A stretch of 61,310 bases of DNA from a virus (lineage: Duplodnaviria; Caudoviricetes), in the IMG/VR virus record IMGVR_UViG_3300009506_001467, positions 1-61,310 of that record; one strand, given 5' to 3'. The notes under the pieces are model-generated. The model worked only from the letters and a program-made list of their open reading frames with translations, was not told the origin of the DNA and did no database searches. The translations under genes were made by a program, and so were the position numbers. Positions 46,751 through 55,438 of the stretch are shown piece by piece (the first letter of the stretch is position 1; each line of letters begins with the position of its first letter).

Positions 46751-46797
46751 GAACTAGAGAGCACGATCCCAGTGCTCTCTAGAACTAGATCTAGTAG

Positions 46798-47091
46798 TTA
46801 GTGTGAGCTGTACGCTTGCTCCTCGTGAGTATGTGAGAACTCCCAGCCGCAAGCAGTGCAGCGGCAGCTATACTTGACGTGAAACACACCATCCTGAAAC
46901 GTCCTGATCTCATAGTCCTCTCTGAGCGTGGGCTCTGAGTGTACCTTCTCTTGTGCTTTCTTGACAAGGCGCATATACTCCTCTGCGCTCACCTTGCCGT
47001 ATGCATCTCGAGCCGCCTGCTCTCGTTCTGCTTTGAGCTGCTCACTGTTCTTGCCGCACTGTGGACAGATCGTCCAGTTATCCGCGCTCAT
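46798..47091 (-). CDS. Zinc-binding hypothetical protein
   Basis: MSADNWTICPQC...TLREDYE...CTACG. Confidence 0.65.
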   Translation of the reverse strand: MSADNWTICPQCGKNSEQLKAEREQAARDAYGKVSAEEYMRLVKKAQEKVHSEPTLREDYEIRTFQDGVFHVKYSCRCTACGWEFSHTHEEQAYSSH

Positions 47092-47411
47092 TGCTCGCTC
47101 CTATACTGGCAGTACTTGCAGACCTGATCGCCCTCACCTGAACCGTACAGCTCGCAGCGATCATGTGAGCACACAGGCCTGATCTGCTTGTCTCTGGTCC
47201 TGACGCCCAGTACAAAGCAATCATCATTGAGATCGATTCCATACCAGTAGTACTCTATCACCTCTTGCCCATCCTCGAGCTCCTCGAGCACTGCGCCGTC
47301 ATCGATCGCATCCCATGCGGTGACGGAAAACCCGTACTTGTTGGAGAGAGCTCTGAGCTCTTGCGCAAACATCTCGAGCCGCTGCTCTCTAGACATCTGA
47401 TCTCTGATCAC
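47088..47411 (-). CDS. Hypothetical protein
   Basis: Overlapping start and stop with neighbours. Confidence 0.55.
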   Translation of the reverse strand: MIRDQMSREQRLEMFAQELRALSNKYGFSVTAWDAIDDGAVLEELEDGQEVIEYYWYGIDLNDDCFVLGVRTRDKQIRPVCSHDRCELYGSGEGDQVCKYCQYRSEQ

Positions 47412-47626
47412 TGTTCCTCCAGTGCTTTCTGGTGTGCATTGACCAGACCTAGAATCCCACCGCGAATAGAGGCGGCCTCTGGCATCGCCAGAACGTTGAT
47501 CGTATGGTTCTTTGCCAACCGAAAACTCTCGACCAAGATCTTGCCGTTCTCATCCCTAAGTCTCTCAACGGTTCTATACACGATCTCACAACTCGTGATC
47601 TCTGTTGTCCACGTTGTTTTACTCAT
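47408..47626 (-). CDS. Hypothetical protein
   Basis: AGAGAGGG RBS before ATG 47626. Confidence 0.5.
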   Translation of the reverse strand: MSKTTWTTEITSCEIVYRTVERLRDENGKILVESFRLAKNHTINVLAMPEAASIRGGILGLVNAHQKALEEQ

Positions 47627-47678
47627 ATATTTCCCTCTCTTTCTACCCCGAGATCTCGGGGTTACTTGTCTGGTCCGA

Positions 47679-47864
47679 TTATGCGTACTCTGTGCAGCCT
47701 GATCCCTTTCCGTTTGAGCTTGAATTGGGTCCACTCGTTCCACGCTGCGCAGACTCCTCCCGGTGTGCAGAGGATTGCATGAGACAAACGATAACCACCC
47801 CGAGGTTCGTTCCGAGAAACATCCCGACCACTACTCCGATGAACAGAGCAACCCAGACCCTCAT
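47679..47864 (-). CDS. Small membrane protein
   Basis: AGGAGG RBS; N-terminal TM (FIGVVVGMFLGTNLGVVIVCL). Confidence 0.55.
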   Translation of the reverse strand: MRVWVALFIGVVVGMFLGTNLGVVIVCLMQSSAHREESAQRGTSGPNSSSNGKGSGCTEYA

Positions 47865-47872
47865 CGTTCCTC

Positions 47873-48352
47873 CTAGTCATGAAACTCTCTCCACCTCTCG
47901 TTTCTCCATATAGCGAGAATGAGACGGTGCCCAGAACTGTATCTACGCCCAACCTCTCGGGCAGAGAGACCGGACTCCCTGAGATCCCAGATCTCTTGTA
48001 CTTGATCAGTCTCTAGATACATAGGCTGTGAAAACCACTTTCTATGGTGCTCTTTTCTGTCTTGCGCGTTCTCTTGAGGAGATCCCCATGCTAGGTTCTC
48101 GAGAGAGTTATTGGATGGATCGCCATCAAGATGACGGCACACCTGACCGTCACCCCTTGCACGCACAAACGTGCTCAGAACTAGTACATGAACTTTACAA
48201 GGACACTTTTTGAGTGTGCTATCGTAGAGAATGAGTCTATGATACCCTTTTGGATCGACCTGCGGTTTTAGGACCCTCTTTGTTTTCCTGTTTCTAATCA
48301 TGCCATTCTGTGAGGCTTCATACTTGCTGAACTCTGGAATCTGCTTCCACAT
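47873..48352 (-). CDS. NUMOD4-HNH homing endonuclease
   Basis: WKQIPEFSKYEASQNGMIRN (NUMOD4); CRHLDGDPSNNSLENLAWG. Confidence 0.88.
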   Translation of the reverse strand: MWKQIPEFSKYEASQNGMIRNRKTKRVLKPQVDPKGYHRLILYDSTLKKCPCKVHVLVLSTFVRARGDGQVCRHLDGDPSNNSLENLAWGSPQENAQDRKEHHRKWFSQPMYLETDQVQEIWDLRESGLSAREVGRRYSSGHRLILAIWRNERWREFHD

Positions 48353-48370
48353 TGATCTGCTCCTCTTTTT

Positions 48371-48568
48371 TTAATCGCGATCATGGAATGGGCATGAACC
48401 AAAGATCACCCACCCGTAGGGCTCGCAGTGATGACAGAAACAACCGTACCGCGAGCGCAGCCACTCGGGGACAAGTCTCGGCGCGATCTTGATCGTCATG
48501 CGTATGAGCACGTCAAGCGCAAGGATCAAGATGAGCAGTAGAACCAAGAACGGTATACCGTAGGTCAT
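48371..48568 (-). CDS. Small membrane protein
   Basis: N-terminal TM; Cys/His-rich tail. Confidence 0.5.
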   Translation of the reverse strand: MTYGIPFLVLLLILILALDVLIRMTIKIAPRLVPEWLRSRYGCFCHHCEPYGWVIFGSCPFHDRD

Positions 48569-48939
48569 TGAGCTTGCCTTTCTAGTCTCTCGAGAACCCA
48601 GATCAGATCGTTTCTATGACACATCCCATGCCGTGTATCTGCAAGCGCCCACATGAGATCGCTCAAGTTCTCATCTGCTTGCACCTCGGGCCAGTCTCTC
48701 ATCATATACGCAAGCAGATCGGGCTCTCTATACCCTTGATCGCTCTCTAGTCTCTTTCTCATGTCCGCTATGCGCTCGCCCAGTGTGCTCATTGCTCTCT
48801 CCAAAAGAACTGTCCCTGGAAAGGGAGCTCGAGTGACAGTGAGCTCAGAGGAGATCGGGCGTTGCCGTTTGAGGACGGTTAGCCAGAGGTCGTCTTGCTC
48901 TCTCGAGCGCCCATTCCAGGGACAGTTATAGTCTACCAC
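48565..48939 (-). CDS. Hypothetical protein (start may be ATG 48792)
   Basis: Packed ORF. Confidence 0.45.
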   Translation of the reverse strand: MVDYNCPWNGRSREQDDLWLTVLKRQRPISSELTVTRAPFPGTVLLERAMSTLGERIADMRKRLESDQGYREPDLLAYMMRDWPEVQADENLSDLMWALADTRHGMCHRNDLIWVLERLERQAQ

Positions 48940-49121
48940 ATCGGTACTGGACTCGGGGTCGGGGTCGGTGCGCTCTCATACCGCTCAACGTTCGGCGGGT
49001 TGCCCTTGCTACCGTCCCAGCCCCAACCACTACGATCAATGTCAAGTGTACAGGAAATGGACAAAAAGGTCAATAGGACAATGCAGCTCAATAGGATGAT
49101 CTTTCGTGTTCTCTCGCTCAT
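48933..49121 (-). CDS. Small putative lipoprotein
   Basis: Hydrophobic signal ending LSISC; PTPTPSP tail. Confidence 0.5.
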   Translation of the reverse strand: MSERTRKIILLSCIVLLTFLSISCTLDIDRSGWGWDGSKGNPPNVERYESAPTPTPSPVPMW

Positions 49122-49351
49122 CTCCTGTACCTCAGATGCCCACAGTACGGTGCAACCGCTCGCCCCGCATCCTCGAGCATCTTGTCCCCTTCCGCGGCAA
49201 CCCGCTCATCTGACCAATCGCTAGGACCAGAATACACTGCAAAGTCCCCGTTCCAGCCGATGACGGTAACGCACTTGACCGCTACCATGTCGTCAGGGTT
49301 CAAGATGTGCCCGCCCTCCATGTACACTCGAGCTCTACTCACGTTTGCCAT
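49118..49351 (-). CDS. Hypothetical protein
   Basis: GAGGGAG RBS; DFAVYSGPSDWSDERVAAEGDK. Confidence 0.6.
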   Translation of the reverse strand: MANVSRARVYMEGGHILNPDDMVAVKCVTVIGWNGDFAVYSGPSDWSDERVAAEGDKMLEDAGRAVAPYCGHLRYRR

Positions 49352-49422
49352 GTCTAGTTCTCCCTCTCTTTCTCAGTGTGATGAGCAGAGAGAGCACAGT
49401 GCTCTCTCTGCTCTCTATTCAA

Positions 49423-49962
49423 CTAGGCAACCTTGTTGTGCGCTGCCTGTACTGCCTCGCTCTTGCTGCGACCGTGATCCCTGTACCATCTGTAGAGCAG
49501 TGACCACTCTGCGAGCTTGCGCTCGTTCCAGCCCAGCTCAACGCCCTTGCTCAAGTTCAAGATCGCGGTTGCGTGGCGGGGACTCTTGGCGATGCGCTTT
49601 TGCAGCATCCACGAGATGAGCTCTGCCTTGTACCCATAGCTCTTGTGCTTGACCTCAACGACCTCGCCCCTCAGAGTCGCATCGATCAGATCGATGAGCT
49701 CGATCAGCGTGTCGGCGTTCTCGAGTCGTTTCTCTGCCTCGTACTCTCGGGGCTCGCGAGCTGCCCATTTTGCTTGGTGTTCTGCCTCGCGCAAGAGCTC
49801 GTGACGTTTCTGTGCGAGCTGTGCGTCCGATTCCTCAACAGATGCGATCCACGCCTCTGCTCGCTCGCCTCGAGCAGCAAAACGATCAACGTTCTGCTGT
49901 GCCCACTGTCGGTTGCTGACCAGTGCCTTGATCTCGCTCTCTACACTCATGATACTCTGCAT
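49423..49962 (-). CDS. Hypothetical protein
   Basis: GAGGAGG RBS; first gene after the promoter at 50010-50038. Confidence 0.65.
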   Translation of the reverse strand: MQSIMSVESEIKALVSNRQWAQQNVDRFAARGERAEAWIASVEESDAQLAQKRHELLREAEHQAKWAAREPREYEAEKRLENADTLIELIDLIDATLRGEVVEVKHKSYGYKAELISWMLQKRIAKSPRHATAILNLSKGVELGWNERKLAEWSLLYRWYRDHGRSKSEAVQAAHNKVA

Positions 49963-50009
49963 TGTAGCCTCCTCTGTGTGTCGTTTCTGTTTGCTCACTG
50001 TCAAGAGCC

Positions 50010-50099
50010 ATTATATCATATCTGAGATCCTTTGTCAAGACCCAAATTGAGACAATTCGGACAATTCCCTTGACAAGAGGATCAGTGATGTGGTACAAT
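50010..50099. promoter_or_regulatory. Divergent promoter pair (early arm vs partition operon)
   Basis: Minus: TTGACA-17-TATAAT (50038-50010). Plus: TTGACA-18-TACAAT (50070-50099). ACAATTC repeats lie between them. Confidence 0.75.
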
Positions 50100-50131
50100 G
50101 AGCTCACTCATATACAGATAGGAGCTCAAAG

Positions 50132-50347
50132 ATGGATCAAGTACATGTCGGAGAGATCACGGTAACACGGATTCTAGGTATCACCGAGCCGCTGGCCTTG
50201 ATCTATCACCGCACAAAAAAGATCGTAGGCTACATTCTACCCGCCACCCAGGAGACTAGAGAGCTCTTGGGCATCGACCCCGAGACGGGGCAAGAGCAAG
50301 GGGAGGGACCATGCTCGCAGCACTTGACATCGGATACGGAGCAGTAA
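50132..50347 (+). CDS. Hypothetical protein
   Basis: AGGAG RBS; first gene of the par operon. Confidence 0.5.
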   Translation: MDQVHVGEITVTRILGITEPLALIYHRTKKIVGYILPATQETRELLGIDPETGQEQGEGPCSQHLTSDTEQ

Positions 50348-51303
50348 AGATCGCATGCGGGGGCGAGCGCAGGACGTTCCCAAGTGTGACGGGATCGCCG
50401 GACTTGCATCGTTTTGGACTGAGCGCAGCGGACGAGATCATTATCTCGAACCACATCGGTCGCACGCTGATCGGGAGTGCAGCCGTGGAGCAGTCCCGGT
50501 TTGTGAGACGTGAGGAGGATCGGCGCTGGATACGTTCTGAGCAGTACACTGCTCTCTACTACGCCGCCCTCACAGAGATCAGCAGGGAACCGGCAGAGAT
50601 CACCCTGATCTCGGGTCTGCCCCTCGCGTACTTTGACGACAAGGACGAGCTGAAAGAGATCTTGTCCGGTGCGCACAGGGTCACTAGAGAGTACGCGGAC
50701 GGAGTGCGCTCGAGCTCATACGACGTACAGGCGCACATCATTCCCCAGCCGTTCGGGACGCTCTGCTCGATGGCGTTTGACAAGAGCGGATCGCCCAAAG
50801 ATACATCGTGGCTCTCGGGGACCGTGGGAATTCTTGACGTCGGCTCTCACACAACCAACATCCTCACGACCTCGAGGGGGCGAGAAGTCCCGCACGGCAC
50901 GACCTCTGTGCCTACGGGCTGCTGGGACATCGTGAGGGCGATCTCCGCTCGAGTCTCTGAGCTCTTTCCACAGCTCGAGCGCAGAGATCATGATCTGGTC
51001 AACGACATCATTGCCAAGCGAGTTACCTACCTCGGTCGAGAGTACAGCATCGAGAAGGCGATCGCAGAGGTCTGCACACCGATGGCGGCAGAGATCATCG
51101 CCACCGCCTCACAGTACTGGAACGGCGGCGCAGCTCTGGACAAGATCGTGATAACAGGAGGCGGCGCACACCTGATCGGTGAGCACGTCTCGCTACACTT
51201 TGCGCAGCACGAGCAGGTGTACATCGCTCCCGATCCTGTGTTCGCAAACGTGGACGGGTACTTGCGCTATGGGTTCTACTTGCAGAGTCAAGGAGAGGTC
51301 TAG
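50311..51303 (+). CDS. parM: ParM/StbA-family actin-like ATPase
   Basis: LDIGYGAVK (phosphate 1), FPS, SGLP, IPQP, LDVGSHTTN (phosphate 2), TGGGA, FANVDG. Confidence 0.9.
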   Translation: MLAALDIGYGAVKIACGGERRTFPSVTGSPDLHRFGLSAADEIIISNHIGRTLIGSAAVEQSRFVRREEDRRWIRSEQYTALYYAALTEISREPAEITLISGLPLAYFDDKDELKEILSGAHRVTREYADGVRSSSYDVQAHIIPQPFGTLCSMAFDKSGSPKDTSWLSGTVGILDVGSHTTNILTTSRGREVPHGTTSVPTGCWDIVRAISARVSELFPQLERRDHDLVNDIIAKRVTYLGREYSIEKAIAEVCTPMAAEIIATASQYWNGGAALDKIVITGGGAHLIGEHVSLHFAQHEQVYIAPDPVFANVDGYLRYGFYLQSQGEV

Positions 51304-51849
51304 GTGCTGGAGCTCGTCTTGCAGTGGCTTTATATGTTCGAGAAAGACCACATCAAGGTCATGAACTTTATACGGACGCTCTCAGCCTCAGATCTAGAGG
51401 AGTATGAGAGTGCTCTGCACAGAGTCTCATACCTCACAGATCTGCTCAAGACCTACCAGCAGAGGGAACTAGATCTCGAGTGGGTGAGAAAGGCGAGCTC
51501 CGAACTGAGGAATGGTTTTGTCTATCTGCTAGATCTCGGAGGGGGTCTGTACAAGATCGGGAGAAGTGATGTTCCCTATGCCCGCCTGAAAACCATGCGA
51601 AAAGAGGGAATAATCCCAGCAATAGGCACACCCGGCAAGATGGATCTGGTTCACCTCTTGTCTACCGGGGATATGGTTCAAGCAGAGACAGAGCTGCATG
51701 TCAAGTATGGAGATCAAAGGGTTGACGGAGTACCCTCTCGGGAGATCTTTGCTCTCTCTCTAGAACATGTGCGATCGTTCTGCGAAAAGGACAATTACCA
51801 GACACACAGAGAGCAAAAGATCCTACAGATCGCTATGGAGAGAGAATGA
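51304..51849 (+). CDS. T5orf172/MUG113-type GIY-YIG domain protein
   Basis: GFVYLL...LYKIGRS...RL...ETELH...REIF. Confidence 0.75.
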   Translation: MLELVLQWLYMFEKDHIKVMNFIRTLSASDLEEYESALHRVSYLTDLLKTYQQRELDLEWVRKASSELRNGFVYLLDLGGGLYKIGRSDVPYARLKTMRKEGIIPAIGTPGKMDLVHLLSTGDMVQAETELHVKYGDQRVDGVPSREIFALSLEHVRSFCEKDNYQTHREQKILQIAMERE

Positions 51850-52133
51850 ACACGACCAAGACTCTCTACCTCAACACAGACACAGACTCCGACATTCTCG
51901 AGTGGCTCGAGTCCCAGGAGGGCAGCGTATCGAACTCGATCCGGCGCGCAATCCGCTACCTGCTCAACGCGGAGCAGCGCCAGCTCAGAATGCTCGAGCG
52001 CATCCTCAGAGAGATCAAAGAGATCAAAGAGCAAGGAATACAGATCGCTGCTCAAGAGGTAGAGCGTCCCATGGCTATAGAGATCGATCTCCCAGACGAC
52101 ATCGCCCAGGGGCTCAAGGGGCTGATCAAGTGA
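51846..52133 (+). CDS. ParR-like ribbon-helix-helix adaptor
   Basis: TLYLNTDTDSDILEWLESQ..SVSNSIRRAIR, then a coiled coil; downstream of parM. Confidence 0.65.
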   Translation: MNTTKTLYLNTDTDSDILEWLESQEGSVSNSIRRAIRYLLNAEQRQLRMLERILREIKEIKEQGIQIAAQEVERPMAIEIDLPDDIAQGLKGLIK

Positions 52134-52339
52134 GCGAGATGCAGAGCTTGACCATCAAGCAGATCGAGAGCTTGCTCGCAGAGCTGCGCGGTGGTAAACT
52201 TGAGGCAAGAGCGTACATGTCCAGGTATCTCACGACTCGCAGGAAACCAAACGGACAGATCGAGGTTACGATCTTGCTGTACAGCGAGGCAAGAGATCAA
52301 ACGAGATTCGAGCAGCGAGAGCTGCCACTGAGGGACTAG
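52130..52339 (+). CDS. Hypothetical protein
   Basis: GTGA overlap with the parR-like gene. Confidence 0.5.
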   Translation: MSEMQSLTIKQIESLLAELRGGKLEARAYMSRYLTTRRKPNGQIEVTILLYSEARDQTRFEQRELPLRD

Positions 52340-52341
52340 AG

Positions 52342-53097
52342 ATGAGAGCACAGCAGACTAGACCACCAGCAGTATATGGACCCACAACGGGCGACGTCTC
52401 GCTCCAACAAGACAAGTTTGACCAGGTCAAGACGGTGTGGCGTCTCACCATACGCTACGCATCCGGCCGAACGATCGCCTACATCTGTGTGCTGGGCATC
52501 GTCGCCTTGCTGCTCTCTCTGTGGCGGGGCTGGGCCTTTGTGTGGTGGCTCGTACAGTGGACATACGAGGTTCTGATCTGCGTTCTGCTCGCCATCTGGG
52601 CGCACTCGTTCCGAAAGGTCTCTAGAGAGTACTACGCTGTGGCGATACGCAACCCGGCGTGGCCTCTGCCTTACAGCCAGGTGGACCCGCACCTTGCGGG
52701 TGTCACGGGGGCAAGAGACTTTCCAACGCTCGATGGGCCGATGGAGCAGCAAGAGGTCGTACACAGGTTCAAGGGCACCGTTGTGCTGCCAAACGGGGGC
52801 AGCAGGCTTGCAGAGATCGAGACGACAACGCCCGATCTCTGGCTGCGCTATGCGCAAGCACTGACGAGGCGGCTGTTTCCCGTCAAGTTCTCGGGCAACG
52901 TGGCAGAGCATGTGTTCCACATCTATCGTCCCGAGTGGCAGAGGATAGCAGACTCGATGTGCTCAAACCAGATGGCCTACAAGACGTCCTATGCAGAGAA
53001 TGCTCACGTGCACTTGAGAGAGAGCGGCAAAGAGTGGTTCCGCTCTATGTTGCGGGGAGAGATCGGGTTCAAGATACCGGAGGGTGAGAATGAGTAA
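52342..53097 (+). CDS. Membrane protein (two TM segments plus a soluble C-terminal domain)
   Basis: Hydrophobic stretch at aa 45-90; packed operon. Confidence 0.6.
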   Translation: MRAQQTRPPAVYGPTTGDVSLQQDKFDQVKTVWRLTIRYASGRTIAYICVLGIVALLLSLWRGWAFVWWLVQWTYEVLICVLLAIWAHSFRKVSREYYAVAIRNPAWPLPYSQVDPHLAGVTGARDFPTLDGPMEQQEVVHRFKGTVVLPNGGSRLAEIETTTPDLWLRYAQALTRRLFPVKFSGNVAEHVFHIYRPEWQRIADSMCSNQMAYKTSYAENAHVHLRESGKEWFRSMLRGEIGFKIPEGENE

Positions 53098-53560
53098 AGC
53101 CATCGCTCTTGCGATCGTGCTCACACTGGGCAGCTCTCGAGCAGCTCAACAGGTACAGCTTGACGATCGCTACTACATGGCGAAAGCAGTACAAGGGGAG
53201 GTAGGTGTCATGGGCGATCTGCGCTTGCAGACCGGGACGTGGATCGTCCATGTCATCCTGAACAGACAAGCGAGCAGGTGGTTCCCATCACAGATCAAAG
53301 ACGTTGTAGATCAGGGGTTCTATGGCGCAGCGACGATCGCAGAGCCCGACCCGTGGGCCTACGAGGTCGTGGACTTTGCGCTCTTGGAGCGATCCTGGGG
53401 GCTCGATCCCACACGTGGGGCACTCTTTGTCTTTGGGGGCATCGACCTGCTCGAGTGTATGGACTACTCTCTACGAGTCGGGTACGCAGAGCGAGAGGGT
53501 ACAGACTTTTCGGTCCACGTGTTCTCTACGTGGCCTTACCCAGCGGGGTGTGCGAGATGA
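53090..53560 (+). CDS. Secreted SleB-like cell wall hydrolase
   Basis: Signal peptide; YMAKAVQGE...VHVILNR...FPSQIKDVV.QGF...DPTRGALF. Confidence 0.7.
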   Translation: MSKAIALAIVLTLGSSRAAQQVQLDDRYYMAKAVQGEVGVMGDLRLQTGTWIVHVILNRQASRWFPSQIKDVVDQGFYGAATIAEPDPWAYEVVDFALLERSWGLDPTRGALFVFGGIDLLECMDYSLRVGYAEREGTDFSVHVFSTWPYPAGCAR

Positions 53561-53724
53561 ACGATCTAATACTGCTCAGAAACACCAGCGCCTTTATGAT
53601 CCGGGTAGCAAACAAGGGCCTGATCGCACTCGGCTGCCACGATGTCATTGCCTCGAGGCGCTGGGGCCGGATCTTTGATCTCGCTGCAAAGAGGTACTAC
53701 AGAATAGCACGGCGGGTAGTGTAG
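53557..53724 (+). CDS. Hypothetical small protein
   Basis: ATGA overlap with the previous gene. Confidence 0.4.
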   Translation: MNDLILLRNTSAFMIRVANKGLIALGCHDVIASRRWGRIFDLAAKRYYRIARRVV

Positions 53725-53743
53725 TATCTATCCCCCGCCCCGT

Positions 53744-54079
53744 GTGGGACACTTTTTTCTCTCCAGGCGGGGTGGGGGAGTACCAGAAACGCTCACACAG
53801 AAAGTGGTACACGTGTCCGACGACTACGCAGCAGGAACGCCCGATCTGTGGCAGTACTACAACCAAGATCTCGATCTGGGAGATCTGCACGGCACCACAC
53901 AGTTCTGGAATGCCCCCGAGCCGGAGGAGACGGGGTACAACTACACGGACGGAAACGCATGCAAGATCTGCGGTTGTCGCATATCGAACGGATCGACCAC
54001 TTGCCCGGAACACGTGCGAGAGTGGCGACAAATACAGGACAGGATACACGAGCTCATCCGCAGGGCTCGATCGGGATGA
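53744..54079 (+). CDS. Hypothetical zinc-finger protein (start uncertain)
   Basis: CKICG...CPEH motif. Confidence 0.45.
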   Translation: MGHFFLSRRGGGVPETLTQKVVHVSDDYAAGTPDLWQYYNQDLDLGDLHGTTQFWNAPEPEETGYNYTDGNACKICGCRISNGSTTCPEHVREWRQIQDRIHELIRRARSG

Positions 54080-54143
54080 TGTTGTCAGTGCTACACTAAC
54101 AGCATGTTGGCAGCTCTCGGGGGTCGATTTTACGCCTGGGGAA

Positions 54144-54215
54144 CATGATCATGATCATGATCATACCCCATAGTAGAGAACCCCCTTATGGGGTATGATC
54201 ATGATCATGATCATG
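54144..54215. repeat. Perfect 29-bp inverted repeat built from tandem ATGATC hexamers
   Basis: catgatcatgatcatgatcataccccata (54144-72), 14-nt spacer, reverse complement at 54187-54215. Confidence 0.9.
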
Positions 54216-54263
54216 ATCTTTTGAGCTCAGAGTCCCCGCTCTCGGGGAGAAAAGGCGCACAGA

Positions 54264-54737
54264 ATGAAAAGGGGAGACAGTACAATGCTACTACTCAAAG
54301 GCACAGCGATCGCGGTTCTGCTCGCTCTCGTGGGCTCTGGTCTGCTTGCGGGTGCGGGTCTGGTCATGGGCAGCAAGGGCGAGCTGCTACAGCAGCCCGA
54401 CTCAAGCACAGAGCTGATCCAGGCGCTCGTGGACGCACAGCGAGATCAAGAGATCGCTGCCGCACAGATCGCAGCGATTCAAGCCAACGCAGAGGTCCAA
54501 AAGATCGTGGAGTCGGGCCGCGCCGATGTGAACATCACAAACGCACAGACCGACGCCTACATACGAAAGCTCTACGCAGAGGGGCGGGTGGACATTGCTC
54601 TCGAGGGCCTCGAGGCGCGCCGCTCTTGGCGCACATACTTCCAGCTCTTGTTCATGCTGATCTGTATTGCAGGTGCTTTCGGACTCTGCCTGGGATTCGG
54701 CTATGCGCATGTACAGAGAGGGAAGAATCATGTGTAG
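54264..54737 (+). CDS. Membrane protein with a coiled coil between two TM helices
   Basis: Hydrophobic N- and C-terminal segments around an Ala/Gln-rich helix. Confidence 0.6.
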   Translation: MKRGDSTMLLLKGTAIAVLLALVGSGLLAGAGLVMGSKGELLQQPDSSTELIQALVDAQRDQEIAAAQIAAIQANAEVQKIVESGRADVNITNAQTDAYIRKLYAEGRVDIALEGLEARRSWRTYFQLLFMLICIAGAFGLCLGFGYAHVQRGKNHV

Positions 54738-54862
54738 ACTAGAGATCTTGAATGCGGAGGACAAAAGGCGCTTGATCATACGGATGCGATCTTATGCGAT
54801 CGCACTCTCCGATCTACAGAATGCACACATGGCAGTACAGCGTGGAAACATATGGAGGCTGA

Positions 54863-55177
54863 ATGATGGATGCTGAGACACTGGAGCGAATTGAACGAAT
54901 CACAGCTAAGGCTGACGAGCTGCGCATACAGATCCGAGATCTAGAGGCTGATCTAGAAAACGTGTACGAAGAGGATGAAGAGTACGCTGGCTATTTGCAG
55001 GCGTATCGGTCCTATTACACAGACGAACCGCTGACCATCCGTCGCTACTATGAACTGAGCGAGGAACTGGAAGTGCTCAACGGGCAATTCAAGCATTGTC
55101 CCCCGGCTCAATTCGAGGATTTGTATCAAAGATACGAACGTCGGATTCAGTACCTCGAGCGGGTACTAGCTGCGTAG
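54863..55177 (+). CDS. Acidic coiled-coil hypothetical protein
   Basis: GGAGG RBS. Confidence 0.55.
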   Translation: MMDAETLERIERITAKADELRIQIRDLEADLENVYEEDEEYAGYLQAYRSYYTDEPLTIRRYYELSEELEVLNGQFKHCPPAQFEDLYQRYERRIQYLERVLAA

Positions 55178-55183
55178 CCCGGG

Positions 55184-55229
55184 TAAGACACATTATGCAC
55201 GCTGGCGCAGTGACGGTTTCTGCGGTGGG
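55184..55229 (+). repeat. Imperfect direct repeat, copy 1
   Basis: taagacacattatgcacgctg...ggtttctgcggtggg; second copy at 56246-56285. Confidence 0.7.
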
Positions 55230-55386
55230 CTGGTGGGGGCTGGTTTTGAGGTGCCCTATGGTGCCAGGTAGGGCGACGCATAGGGTGCCCTATGGGGTGG
55301 CCGGACCGGGCGTGTGGGCATACCAGAGGCCGGGGAAGTGGTTTTTCAGCTCAGAGAGCTTTCTGGAGGCTTGCGAGACATAGAAA

Positions 55387-55416
55387 CACCCCATCCGGCG
55401 TAGGTGGGGTGCTCTT
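55387..55416. terminator. Intrinsic terminator between convergent genes
   Basis: cacccca...tggggtg hairpin. Confidence 0.5.
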
Positions 55417-55438
55417 TAACAACACAGACAGGAGGGGG

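Noticed and set aside
54144-54215. CRISPR array or N15-like telomere resolution site
   Set aside because: No repeat-spacer periodicity; the palindrome has a 14-nt spacer and no protelomerase-like gene is recognisable
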